From assembly GCA_040437565.1 (NCBI GenBank), contig JBDOQK010000053.1:246079-266078 (forward strand): a DNA stretch of 20,000 nt. The letters are read 5' to 3'. Position numbers and translations under genes: made by a program. Origin of the DNA: Albugo candida (Eukaryota). Position 1 is the stretch's first letter. Each line of letters starts with the position of its first letter. The notes under the pieces were generated by a model that did no database searches, was not told the DNA's origin, and saw nothing but the letters and a program-made list of their open reading frames with translations. Below are positions 8,395-19,965 of the stretch, piece by piece.

Positions 8395-9262
8395 TCAAAA
8401 CCAGTTGAGTGGATTCAAACTCGCCCAAAACCCAGTCTTTTTTGGCTCAACCTTCGCTTGCGCAGGAGTCACCACCATACCACCACTGTTATTTGAAATC
8501 TCATCTCCTCCGTTTTTGTTCACGTTCCCATTTGATTCTGGTGTTGTTGTGGGCACACCGCTTTGTATGTATGAATTGCTGACAGGGTTCCCGATGATGA
8601 TTTTTTGATTAAGATAATTGCCTTGTGTATCATAGCAGCATGCCATAAGATGGTGCTTGGCAGCACAGCCGACCTGGTTGTGAGACCACCAAATGGCCAT
8701 TGACACAGATTCGTACTGCTGGGCAACTTCTGTCGTGTACGTCCAATCTGAGCTCATTGCTTTTATTTGTTGCATGTCTGATGCAAACTTGTTCCTAATA
8801 CCATCCCAGGACTCGAATGGGAAAATAGCACAGCTTTGTTGTAAGCCTTGTACAGTAAGTATGTCCTTTTCGCTTGCTCGATGTCGAGCCACATCCTTGA
8901 CAATTCTCNNNNNNNNNNNNNNNNNNNNNNNNNNNNNNNNNNNNNNNNNNNNNNNNNNNNNNNNNNNNNNNNNNNNNNNNNNNNNNNNNNNNNNNNNNNN
9001 NNNNNNNNAAGCCTTGTACAGTAAGTATGTCCTTTTCGCTTGCTCGATGTCGAGCCACATCCTTGACAATTCTCTTCGACTGTATCCTTAAGTGTTTATT
9101 CCAGCTGAGCTGATTAGCATTGAGTGGACCGCGAGAAGTATGATGTAGCTCTAAACAGAGTTCACGTGTTTTTCTACGTGATAGCGCAGTCTTTCCATAG
9201 GTGATCGGAAAGAAAGTTTGCGCCGCGAACATAAAGTAAGCGATCCAGTTTGAAGACTTCAT
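8395..9262 (-). CDS. Secreted CAP/SCP (PR-1-like) domain protein, divergent, ~233 aa after collapsing the gap duplication
   Basis: 9262-9075 joined to 8908-8395 is one open intronless frame. Signal-peptide-like MKSSNWIAYFMFAAQTFFPITYG, then LELHH..R......LSW...L and IW.S..QVGCA......CCYD..GNY typical of CAP domains, then a low-complexity T/N/G tail. Confidence 0.78.
8843..9074. repeat. 66-bp duplication (8843-8908 = 9009-9074) around a 100-N gap; assembly overlap
   Basis: Same aagccttgtacag...gacaattctc on both sides; collapsing it restores one reading frame. Confidence 0.9.
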
Positions 9263-10850
9263 GTGATTATAAAGCTGATAAATGAAAAATAGACAGAGTT
9301 GATGGCTTGAAGCACAAGGTCCTGCATAGTTCAACATGGGTACACTGTACAAAGGAAACATTTCTTAGCCTCAGTGAACACCTTTTTATGTTGAGCAACG
9401 CGTGTCAATCGGGTTGCATACGTATTGGATGCGTGTCATACGTGTCATACTTGCTGAAGTGGGTCAGCAGCTGATGATGATATGTGTGGATTGCTAGGTT
9501 TGCACAGCGATGTGCCTAAAATCGTTTGCTTTTACGAAGTGTGCACCGAGTCATCAATTATCTTCCGGATTAGTCATTTCACGACTACGTGAGCTTAAAT
9601 CAAGGTGTGTGATGATCTGTTTAATTACATTCGACACGTTTCGGAAGGTACCAAGAGAATGAATCTCGATCAATGCAATGCACACCAATCATTTGTTGGC
9701 TTGATAGAGAACCGCTCAGTAATCTTGGCTAAGATAAAAAAAATTATTACGGCAGTGATGGTTCTTTCACAAGTGCGATGCTCGCGATAACCCAATCAGA
9801 TAGACCTCATTTCCATAGCGAAACTTGTAGATCTACTGAATTTGTGATTTCTAAAAGGCGTATATTTCAGGGATGACCGAATTTCACATCTCGAAGACCT
9901 ATACCTTGATAATTTGTCGCCATCCTGGGCTTGATGGAGTAGTAAAACAAAGATCATCCAGACACTTGTTCCTGTTCATGTTTGTCGATGCATCGTATTT
10001 ACACTATAAGGTCTTCTGGACGTCTAGATTTATTCTAAACATAGATGAGTGATGTATGTGATCTTTCAGCGCGTGCTTTTGCTCGGTTACCCGCTAGCAT
10101 TCGAAGGCATATTTATACAACAATGATAGCCTTACTTATGTAACATGCAGTGCACTTCCTATGCCGTGCAGTGGACAAAATCATGGAAGCAATGCAAGTT
10201 CTCGATAATTCACTCCATTTTGAGGCGCACAACCTTATTAAGTCACTCTTCTCAAAACGGCTCGAATTTCTGAACGCATTTAGTATAAATAAAAAGACCG
10301 AAAATGTTGATCAACATGCATCCAGGATTACGAATGTGCGACAGAAGTTGTTGACAGGCATTCAGCCTGGAATGATTGCCACAATGCCGTCTAAGGCGTG
10401 CATTTGAGTGTGTTACTGATCCAAGTAGATGCTTGCATCGACCTTAACGTGATTGCATCGTATTGATCAATTTCCAGATATCAGCGAAGCCGTCGTTTTC
10501 AACACCCACCGCTGTCTGGCTAAGAGCAATTGAGTATACGCGCCGCCATGTTCGTACATGACCGCTCGTCTGGCATAAAGACGTTGTATATGTACGTAAC
10601 TACTTGCGCTGAGAACCGCAAACTGGAGAATATCTATCTTACTCATAAAGCTACTGTCTTCAAAAGCGTTTGATGTGTTTCCGGGTACGATCTTTTGAGG
10701 CTTCAGACATCCTGGTGTTGGTCTTGGACATTAACTTTGATAACTACGATAATGTATTGAGATGGAGACGATATGATCGCATGGATTAATCTGATAGCTT
10801 TATTGCATGAATAACTTTCTATCTATCACACTTGGAGGACACATTTTTGA

Positions 10851-11902
10851 AATCTGCTAAGTGATGTATTACGAAAGAAGAATGCTCTAAAGTTCTGTAG
10901 CAGGCAGGAATAATCATACAGGCGCCTGGTTCTCCTCGCAACTCCTATCCAGAAGCTTGATTAGGATCGACGCGTCGTCTGTCGTAGACCATACTGAAAT
11001 TGGTGCATGCGGAAATGCCGAAATAAGTAGCTCCTCTACCAGAAAATCGACGATCGCATGCTTCATAAGAGACACGAGTAACGTGGCTATAATATCTAGA
11101 CTTTTAGAGATACAAGAAATGCCTAATTTTTAAGTAAGTGGATTCATGTCTGTGCCGAATGCATAGCCTGAAGCACGTGCCTGGAGCAGCTAGATACAGC
11201 CTGAATGATGCTTTATTTTGTAGTGCATATGCGTCGGACCAATTCAAATCGGTAAGGTGGCGCTTGTCAAGGCTCAAAAATGTGTATGTCTTACTCAGCA
11301 AATGCTCCATGGAAGTGCACTTCAGTNNNNNNNNNNNNNNNNNNNNNNNNNNNNNNNNNNNNNNNNNNNNNNNNNNNNNNNNNNNNNNNNNNNNNNNNNN
11401 NNNNNNNNNNNNNNNNNNNNNNNNNNAATCTGCTAAGTGATGTATTACGAAAGAAGAATGCTCTAAAGTTCTGTAGCAGGCAGGAATAATCATACAGGCG
11501 CCTGGTTCTCCTCGCAACTCCTATCCAGAAGCTTGATTAGGATCGACGCGTCGTCTGTCGTAGACCATACTGAAATTGGTGCATGCGGAAATGCCGAAAT
11601 AAGTAGCTCCTCTACCAGAAAATCGACGATCGCATGCTTCATAAGAGACACGAGTAACGTGGCTATAATATCTAGACTTTTAGAGATACAAGAAATGCCT
11701 AATTTTTAAGTAAGTGGATTCATGTCTGTGCCGAATGCATAGCCTGAAGCACGTGCCTGGAGCAGCTAGATACAGCCTGAATGATGCTTTATTTTGTAGT
11801 GCATATGCGTCGGACCAATTCAAATCGGTAAGGTGGCGCTTGTCAAGGCTCAAAAATGTGTATGTCTTACTCAGCAAATGCTCCATGGAAGTGCACTTCA
11901 GT
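10851..11902. repeat. 476-bp duplication (10851-11326 = 11427-11902) around a 100-N gap; probable assembly overlap
   Basis: Offset of 576 nt; identical ORF translations appear in both copies. Confidence 0.88.
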
Positions 11903-12585
11903 GAGAACTACTCAGTTCTGACCATAACAAAAAAGTGCTCATGTACAGTAGTCAAGTATCCAGCGCAACCGCCTCAGAATGATCCTTTAATGAAAGTGGA
12001 AGTGTGCGGGCTCCAATTTATCTCATGATTTATCATCGGCTGGCAAAACAATAGTTTATGATCGTCTGCAAGTGACGTGATGTGGCTCAGCTAAGGACGC
12101 ATAGAGAGGTGATTGTCTTAAGCACGTCAACGAGTGGTAAAAGTAGGAGATAGAAGCGCTTTTGTGAGTTTTTCGAAATATGACTACGCTTCTGATTGTC
12201 ATGTAAGCTGAAGTATGCACTTCAGTGCAAAAACTCGAAATAATGTATGTGTCTCCCGATCTTATATGTTTGGCCTCGTTGGTAAAGACACTTACACACG
12301 AGGGTTTCTGACTCGGATTCAGAGTGATTGCCTCAAGAGCGCAAATCTACTGCACAGATCGAAGCATTCTCGGCTTTTCTTCTTCGATTCAATTCAGTCG
12401 GTCGCCAGGAAATTGCACCAGACATCAGCTATCATATTTCTTCCTTTCCCAAGTATACGACAATTACCGCCAGGAGCGGATCATTCAAGTCAAGCACGAG
12501 TGCAATCAAAATCAAAATTGCAATATATATTGACTATTTTTCGTCTGGCAAAAGCAATTCTTCATTTTTTTATCTTGGCCAATCG

Positions 12586-13958
12586 CTACAACAAGTCCTC
12601 TTCATTTGTTGCCACAAGTTTGTATGTTTTTACTTCGCCAGTATCGATGGTTACATTGTAAGCCCTCAAAAACGAGGAACCAAGTACCCACTCGTTGCTT
12701 TCCCCCGTTGATTTCCCAATGAGAAGAGTACATATATCACCTTCAGCGATTATAAACTGAGCCAATTTGAATTGAATTCGTTGCCCATGATGTCCAAAAT
12801 CAACTTCGACTTTGATTTTGGACATCATGGGCAACGAATTCAATTCAAATTGGCTCAGTTTATAATCGCTGAAGGNNNNNNNNNNNNNNNNNNNNNNNNN
12901 NNNNNNNNNNNNNNNNNNNNNNNNNNNNNNNNNNNNNNNNNNNNNNNNNNNNNNNNNNNNNNNNNNNNNNNNNNNACTTCGCCAGTATCGATGGTTACAT
13001 TGTAAGCCCTCAAAAACGAGGAACCAAGTACCCACTCGTTGCTTTCCCCCGTTGATTTCCCAATGAGAAGAGTACATATATCACCTTCAGCGATTATAAA
13101 CTGAGCCAATTTGAATTGAATTCGTTGCCCATGATGTCCAAAATCAAAGTCGAAGTTGAGTGGATGATAAAATATGTCTCTTTCATTCTCAATGGAATCA
13201 GCAATCAAACTGCATCGTCCCCGGATGCGGTTGTGTACTAGTTCCAATTTAAGATGTTCAAGATTTCCGCATTGTACGATCTGTTGGAAAATACGAGGCG
13301 GAATTCCGGATTCTATCATACCAAGTTGGAATGCAACGTTCTGATCCGCATAAGAAAACAACAGAAATTCAATGCCCGTCTTCTGGAAGTCGTTATACGT
13401 CAATATCCTTGAGGATTGTTGATTATCTCCAAAGTGAAGTCTAGGACCTTTACCCTTTACCCATGAAAATGAATACATCCCCGGATTTTTCGTAATATAG
13501 ATTTGGGGATCAATACTCGTCTCCGGAAAAGGGTACAGCTCCTTCCTTTCAACCAACTTTTGCAAAGAATTCCATTCTAGTTCCCAGCCTATATTGTATG
13601 TACCGGAACCAAATTTGTACTTAAGAAGAGCTTCTACCTTGATGCTGCTGGATGCGGCTGACTCACTTCCGTGTGTAGTCTCCCAGATCAACTCTTGAGC
13701 ACGAGATGGATTGTCCTCGATGGCGAGGATCAATTTATACAGCTTGCCTTTAGAATCGGCGGTCTCTTTCAAAGATCCATTACTCGAAAACATCACAGGG
13801 GGAGTGATATGGACTTTTAATCCCGTGTAATGGCGCTCATGCGTTTGAATGAATGATGCAGGGATCATTTTGACATGACATGCATTTAGAAATTGGTCAT
13901 GTGAGTGTATTACTCCTACGAAAACAAGGCCATACATTGTGAGGAAAGATGCTTTCAT
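12586..13958 (-). CDS. Secreted pepsin-like (A1 aspartic protease fold) protein lacking catalytic DTG/DSG motifs, ~342 aa after collapsing the gap duplication
   Basis: 13958-12976 joined to 12631-12586 is one frame. Signal-peptide-like MKASFLTMYGLVFVGVIHS; MYSFSW.....RLHFG, C.LLI and WVLGSSFLRAYNVTID match pepsin-family structural motifs (FSF.L...G.L.FG; WILGD.FLR.YY.VFD). Confidence 0.75.
12632..13147. repeat. 172-bp duplication (12632-12803 = 12976-13147) around a 100-N gap
   Basis: Same sequence at offset 344 up to ...tccaaaatcaa, after which the left copy folds back. Confidence 0.9.
12740..12875. repeat. Perfect 64-bp inverted repeat with 8-nt loop at a contig end (fold-back, probable artefact)
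   Basis: 12740-12803 is the reverse complement of 12812-12875, and the arm ends exactly at the N gap. Confidence 0.92.
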
Positions 13959-16900
13959 CGTTTCTACAGGTTTTGTTTTAACTAATTGGGTTAATTCTCA
14001 CCACGAATTTTCAATACATGGAGTTGCTTAGATGTCCAACTAGCAGTATGTACATCAAAGAAAGTACTCGGCTATCTTCTGTTTACATCGACCAATTATT
14101 CACAATTCTTTAGGTATTAGCTCCTGTGCTCAGAAGGTTTGCTCCTTTTAAATTACTTGTAAGCACCGAAGCGCACCTTCTACATTATACTGCGACTGTA
14201 AAGGCTCATATCTCTGTTAAAATCAGATGCACTGGAAAATGCTTCTGATCTGGCAACTCTCTTATTCTATAAAATGGCCCTTTCTTATACTCTGAGAGAG
14301 GGAACGAATATTCTTTCTTCCATGAGTGATGCGCTGATTACTTGCGTACGTTTAGAAATCGTGAAGTGAAAACCTCGAATCCAACTTGTCCAAAGCCAAG
14401 TTGGATTCGAGGTTTATAAGACATACAATACTTCAGGGACATTCGCTGAGTTTTCGCCCCTGCTTTACATGCCAGCCTAAACATGTTTTATTACACGGGA
14501 CCATGGATCACGCTGGCGATCAATCTCGAAGTTTGATATCAAGAAAGTCTTCATCCGCGTTTGTATGATATCCCGGGTCGCTTCACGTAGAGTGGAACAG
14601 CGCTCTTTGTGTATACTTTGGGTGCATTTTCCTCCTTGAGAATTTAGTGAATAGCCCGCAGATGTTCCTCTTGTTGAGGCTGTAACCTCAAATCAAATCA
14701 TTCGTCCAAGCCGTTTTAGGGCCCAAGATTTTAATCACAGCTATGTGAAACATGTGCCACGTGCCATTGCCATCAAAGTAAGGAGGACGCAGTAAATGCG
14801 CTTCTGGAATTATCATCGTACGAATCTCGTAAAGTTTTTATGAATAAAATGGGCATCATCAGAAGACTTGCCTTTGTGGCCGTGTTACGATATGCTCGCT
14901 ACAAATTTTCTGGCTCTGGTATTTTTTTGCTTAAGACATGCAAGTTAGACAAGGAAGCGCAACGGAATTTCCTTGCAACCCGAACGTTGGAGTTTCTCAG
15001 TTACTTGGAGTAGATTCGTGGACCTCGGTGCTTGTGGCACTGTATCTCAAGAGCATCAATCAGGCCCACATTATTGGGATATTCGCAGCATGCGTAGTGA
15101 CTGTGGTGAAACGTGGCATTTCCAGACCGAGTTTTCGAGAAACCTGCTGGCCAAACTGTAGTGTGTCACATCTCAAAGCGAAATCGGTGTGCACCATATC
15201 CCTGAGGCCTTACATAGTTCGACTACTTTGGTATATTTTGTAGAGAACACTCGCTACAAATTGGTCTGTGGTCTCAATTGGATTTCCCAATAACAGAAGG
15301 TATAGCGTGATGAGATTCTACCAAGCTAGGTGCTCCCGGTTGCACGATATTCTGACAACCTTTTTCGGCCCATGCTACTCTTATGAGCTTTTGGGTAGCC
15401 ATGTTGCTCGTAATCATCGCCTCTGTGGATATTTGGCACATTTGGTGAATACTCGCTCTTTCTTCCATCTTTGTCATCGGCTTCTTTGGACGGAAGCGTC
15501 AGCCTGTACATGGAGATAGTTTCTAGGAAGCATAGAAAAAGCACATGTCTCAGATGACTTGTATTTGACATTGACGAGGACGAATATTGCCGGTTTACTG
15601 GAAGGCGGTAGACGTGGATCCCAGACCTTTTACACGGCACAAGAATATGCGAGGTCAACGTTCCATGGGTACACCCGACGATTGGCATTACGGTGAAATC
15701 GAAGTTATGATCTGATTGCCACCTGTCAGAAGCATCAGGAGCACAGCTATGACAAAATCATCTCGCCTCCAGCACATTGTCATGGCTTATTTAGACCCAT
15801 CAGAGGTAGTCGACTCCACTTCGAGTCTCTCCACTTGTCAAATGCTTTTCATCGAATGCTCATGCAACCTAATACAATTTTGTTGCAGCATCGCAGACCA
15901 TAGGGCTCCGATTCCTGACTCCATTCATATACGTTCTCAATCGACGCAATTCGAGCTTCATGCCCATTGACTGCAAGGATGAATTCTGTTTGAATCGAAT
16001 CGACTAAGCTAATAGTCAGTTCAATCGGTTGATAGCACAACGCCAAATAACTATTAAATTAATTGAACGTGAGCGATTGAGCGTTCGTTTAACGTGCATC
16101 GTGCAAATGATGGGATGTTGATCAAAGCTGCTTTTTGCACTTGAAATGACTTCATGATTTAGTGTTCTCCTGGCAATCAAGCTAGGGGAAATGGTCACGT
16201 AGTTGTTATGGGAAGTATAATGAAGCCGAGTTGATCGCCAATGATAGTCAGTACATATTCAAAGCTCGTAGATATATTCAGTGCGTCCCGCATGATGATT
16301 GATTGAGGTTTGCGTTTGTGAGGAATATTCATCAAAACTTCCAATTTCCTATCAGAAAGCCGGGAAGCAGTACAATATATTGCGACTCTGGAGTTTCTTT
16401 GAGCTATTTGCACTACTTTGTACAAGGAGATGCCATTTGCATATACTGCAACCCAGGTTTTCTCAATCCAGACACCCTTTTCTACCATCGCCAGCTTAAT
16501 CGCCCGTACGTTCAAATTCGACATATTGCAATGACATTCCTTTATAAACCTCTCCGTTACACGATGCTATCCTTTTCAACGTGAGCAAGGGGTCATAGTA
16601 TTGACGCGAGCAAAATCAATAAGGAGGCTTGCTTCCAGTGAATGAATTATCTTGATCGAAGCAAACTTTCATGCTAGCTTTGGCGATAGTTCAACAATTG
16701 GAAGTGTGCACAATCCATTACGCAAAGCAGTCGGCCTCCTTAGGAAAACAAACAAAACGAGTGGAGACAACTCAATAATTGTCCGTCACTTTTATCAATT
16801 GGTTCGCGTCAAATATACAGCATAGGTGAGACAATAATGTGCAAGATGTTCCAAAAGCTAAACCTTTTCACAGAGTGTTTACTGATTGATACGAAGTGCA

Positions 16901-19002
16901 TCAAATTGCGGAATTCCAATGACATGATTATCCTGTATTGGATGATACGGATTCTGACCAAAACATTATCGCTCGTCGTAGGGAATCAGTCTCCGTATGT
17001 GTGAATTCACTTTCTGCTTGAAGAAAGCACACGTGTTATGAGCCTGTGATATCAATCAGAGACTGTGATGTGAGTAGTAAAGCTGAGTTTATTTCTATTT
17101 GTAAGCAAGTTTGACGAGCAAGAAAGTCGATAAATAAACGTTTGCTGACATTTGTATACGATTAGAGAATATGACAGAAGGCGGTCGTTGTTGATGTTCG
17201 ACTTCGATAGTGAGTGCAGTCATTGAATATGCTCATCTTGTTTACGACTTCACGTACGAAATCCTATTTTGTGGTGTGAAGGACATATACATCTCGCATG
17301 TGATATGCTCGACGCTGTGGTCGCAGCATGCTCTTCCGCGCTATCTTTCACGCTCAGTAAATATAGTATCAATTGAGATACTGATCAACGATGCTTAGTA
17401 GAGCGCATGACATCGTAATGAGGCGGTACTCTTATTTCATTTGATAAGCGACAATTCAACATGTACAACGAGTGTTCCCTTTTGATGTTAGTCAGCAGCC
17501 AGCGCATAAAAACGACGTTTCCCAGCAAATTGATCTTCTTTACTTCTCAGAGTGCTAGGTAGGAGATAGTACTGATCTGATTGTAACAGACAAGTTCTCA
17601 ACTATTTTACTACACGTACAACGTGCCAAATGGATTACGGTGAGTATGCGTCAGATGTTGGATTCGGAAAGAAGACGCTTACTATGGTAAGCAACGCTTC
17701 GCCTTCTTTGTCCAAGTCCGCAGGTTCTATTTCTCTACATAATGGCGCATTTAGGCTGTGAATTGCGTTAATGTACGATCCTAAGCTACTGTATGCTAAT
17801 ACAATACTTTCGGGCAGGTTATGGATTGTAATTTATGTGGCATACGACTGCAAAATTCAGCTTCTTATTCGCTGGAACAGATGTTCCTTGATCTGATTGG
17901 ATACGTTTTTCATACTTTTTCAAATGGGTATGTTTGGAGTTAGCCTAGATTAACGTGAAGGACGTAATGAGCGACCACCTTCATGCAACAAATATCTACT
18001 AAAAGTGTAAAAAGATGTATCCCCTATTTTATCGACGATTGGCCCCATGTCTCCGTAGATCAATCGAGATTGTACAATCGCCTGCTTGCGACACGTTTCG
18101 ATGAGTATCGATGAAGCAAACGGCTAGCGCACGATGCGCTCGGTTCGATTCAAAGATGAAGATCATTAAGACCCTAATACACCATTTCAAGTACTAGTCA
18201 TCGGGAATTTCTAGGGACTTTTGCAAGTGGAGAGCTTTGCGTCAACATAAACAGTCCTGGTGATATACTCTTCGAATCTTAAGGATTCTTTGAAAGAGGG
18301 AATCAAAGCCACCCACTCACTTCAAATTCTTTTACGCAAATTGTAAGATATCTGTGATGGGAACGAACAGTAGATAGCCGCGCATCTGTGCTTTTCTGAT
18401 TATACGAGTTGCACCTTTAACACGCACTAGCGCCAGCTTAATGTACCGTACACAGAAATGATCCATCAGCATCGATGATATGAAAAGATCGATTTGCCGT
18501 CAGTCGATTCCGTAGCAAAAACGATCACGAACAAACACATCTGCTGCGATATACCTCGGTCTCAGCATCGCATTATTGGGTAGCAGGATTCGACACGTTG
18601 AAATATTGTCACAGAACAAGAATTCGCGTCTTTACGATACATCACGGAGAATGGGTGCACTCGCCAAGCTTCTTCTCACAGTGTTTGCATTGGAATAGAT
18701 GCAAAAAAACTGTATCTGGAAATCATGCGGGAACCGCGGTAGCAAGCACGGTTCAAGCTGCTGTCGATTGTGCTTATAAATTGGTTTATGGGATGTAGTC
18801 TCGTGCTGTGAGGCGTCGAAGACACTGCTCGTGTGAAGATTATGAATTTGGTTTGATTATTGTCATTGATCTGGTCGTACCTACATTAAGTAAAACTTCG
18901 GCCCAGCACATCCCCATCATGTGTATGTACTCTCCGATCGCTACCATTTCGACTATCATGTACAGCTGCATGTTACCCGTTATCGACAGCCGGGTTAATA
19001 AG

Positions 19003-19965
19003 TATGATGCTAGAAGCCATTTTAATTGTGTGCGTCGTCCTATTTTATACCTAGAATTATATGCGATAATCCAAACGCTTTCTTCGCTGTTGTCCATAGC
19101 ATCAAACCATGTACGTTAAAGTCATGAAAGTGGGCATTCAGAGCTAGACCAGAATAGAATATTTATCATCGGTCAAAGCAAAGTAAGCAAAAAAAGTTTT
19201 TTGGATCTAAGTACTAGACCAGCTTGATAGATCTGAGAGTAAAGTGGTTCTTCTTCACCTAGGTAACGAGACTAAACTTTGTTCTATGGAGTTTCAACGA
19301 AAGTAATGTCTGCAAAAACATTCTCACGAATAGCAACTATATAAGACTATACCCCAGGCAGTCTCGGTTTCACTGAAAACGAATCTAGGGTGGAGACGCA
19401 TTCTTGCTGTTTTTTTAATGGTAGGAACTTTCTAGCTCGACTAAAGCGAACAGACCACAAAATGTTTTTGAGAAAGGCGACTCACAGGATATGATGTGAG
19501 ACGACATTTTACGTGTGCGTCTCCGCGTTTTTTGTTAATTGAATTATATGCGCTAATCCAAACCCATTATCCGCCGTTGTCAACACCAGCATACTATGTG
19601 CGTTGAAAATCATGAAAGTGGACATTTGGAGCTAGGCCTTTTCATATCTCGTTTGTGTCAATGAAAATTATGCATAAGATTTGTTTGAATTAGACGTACT
19701 CAGACCAGCTTAATAAAGTGAGAGAAAAGTGGTTCCCGTTCAGCTAGGTAACGAGACTAAACTTGGTCATGTGTTTCAATCAACGATAGTAATGGCCTAC
19801 AAAAACGTGCTAAAGTATAAAATCTATACTACACTGTAATGTAGGCAGTCTCGGTTTCCGTGAGAGCTGTCCAAGGCTGGATACGCATTCTTGTTATTAT
19901 TTTAACGGTAGGAAATCTGACTCGACGAATGCGAGCAGACCACAAGATATTTTTGAGAAAGGCGA
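19003..19965. repeat. Diverged head-to-tail tandem duplication, unit ~487 bp
   Basis: Shared blocks at offset 485-488: TATGATG, GAATTATATGCG.TAATCCAAAC, TCATGAAAGTGG, AGACCAGCTT, CTAGGTAACGAGACTAAACTT, AGGCAGTCTCGGTTTC, ACGCATTCTTG, CAGACCACAA, TTTTTGAGAAAGGCGA. Confidence 0.9.

Noticed and set aside
9100-9262. RxLR or CHxC/CCG effector motif after the CAP signal peptide
   Set aside because: SRRKTRELC does not match these motifs, and the region is explained by the CAP domain start.
11888-12225. 12-bp palindrome GAAGTGCACTTC (11888-11899) and 7-bp hairpin CTGAAGT/ACTTCAG (12208-12225)
   Set aside because: Too short to exceed chance in 20 kb; no element boundaries or target-site duplications.
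12976-12995. IDTG near the pepsin-like C-terminus as a catalytic DTG
   Set aside because: It sits at the terminal 'VFD' strand position, not at either catalytic loop.
15716-16584. Cluster of 60-109 aa ORFs on both strands
   Set aside because: No family motif, signal peptide or consistent splice model could be supported.
17580-17935. Strong donor-like sites (ACG|GTGAGT, GG|GTATGT) suggesting exons
   Set aside because: Every frame I tried met stop codons; no gene model could be built.
18840-19097. ORF with IVEM...CWAEV faintly resembling Ty1/copia integrase (VEMAR...WAEA)
   Set aside because: Only a few matching residues; no flanking QNG.AER motif, RT or LTRs visible.
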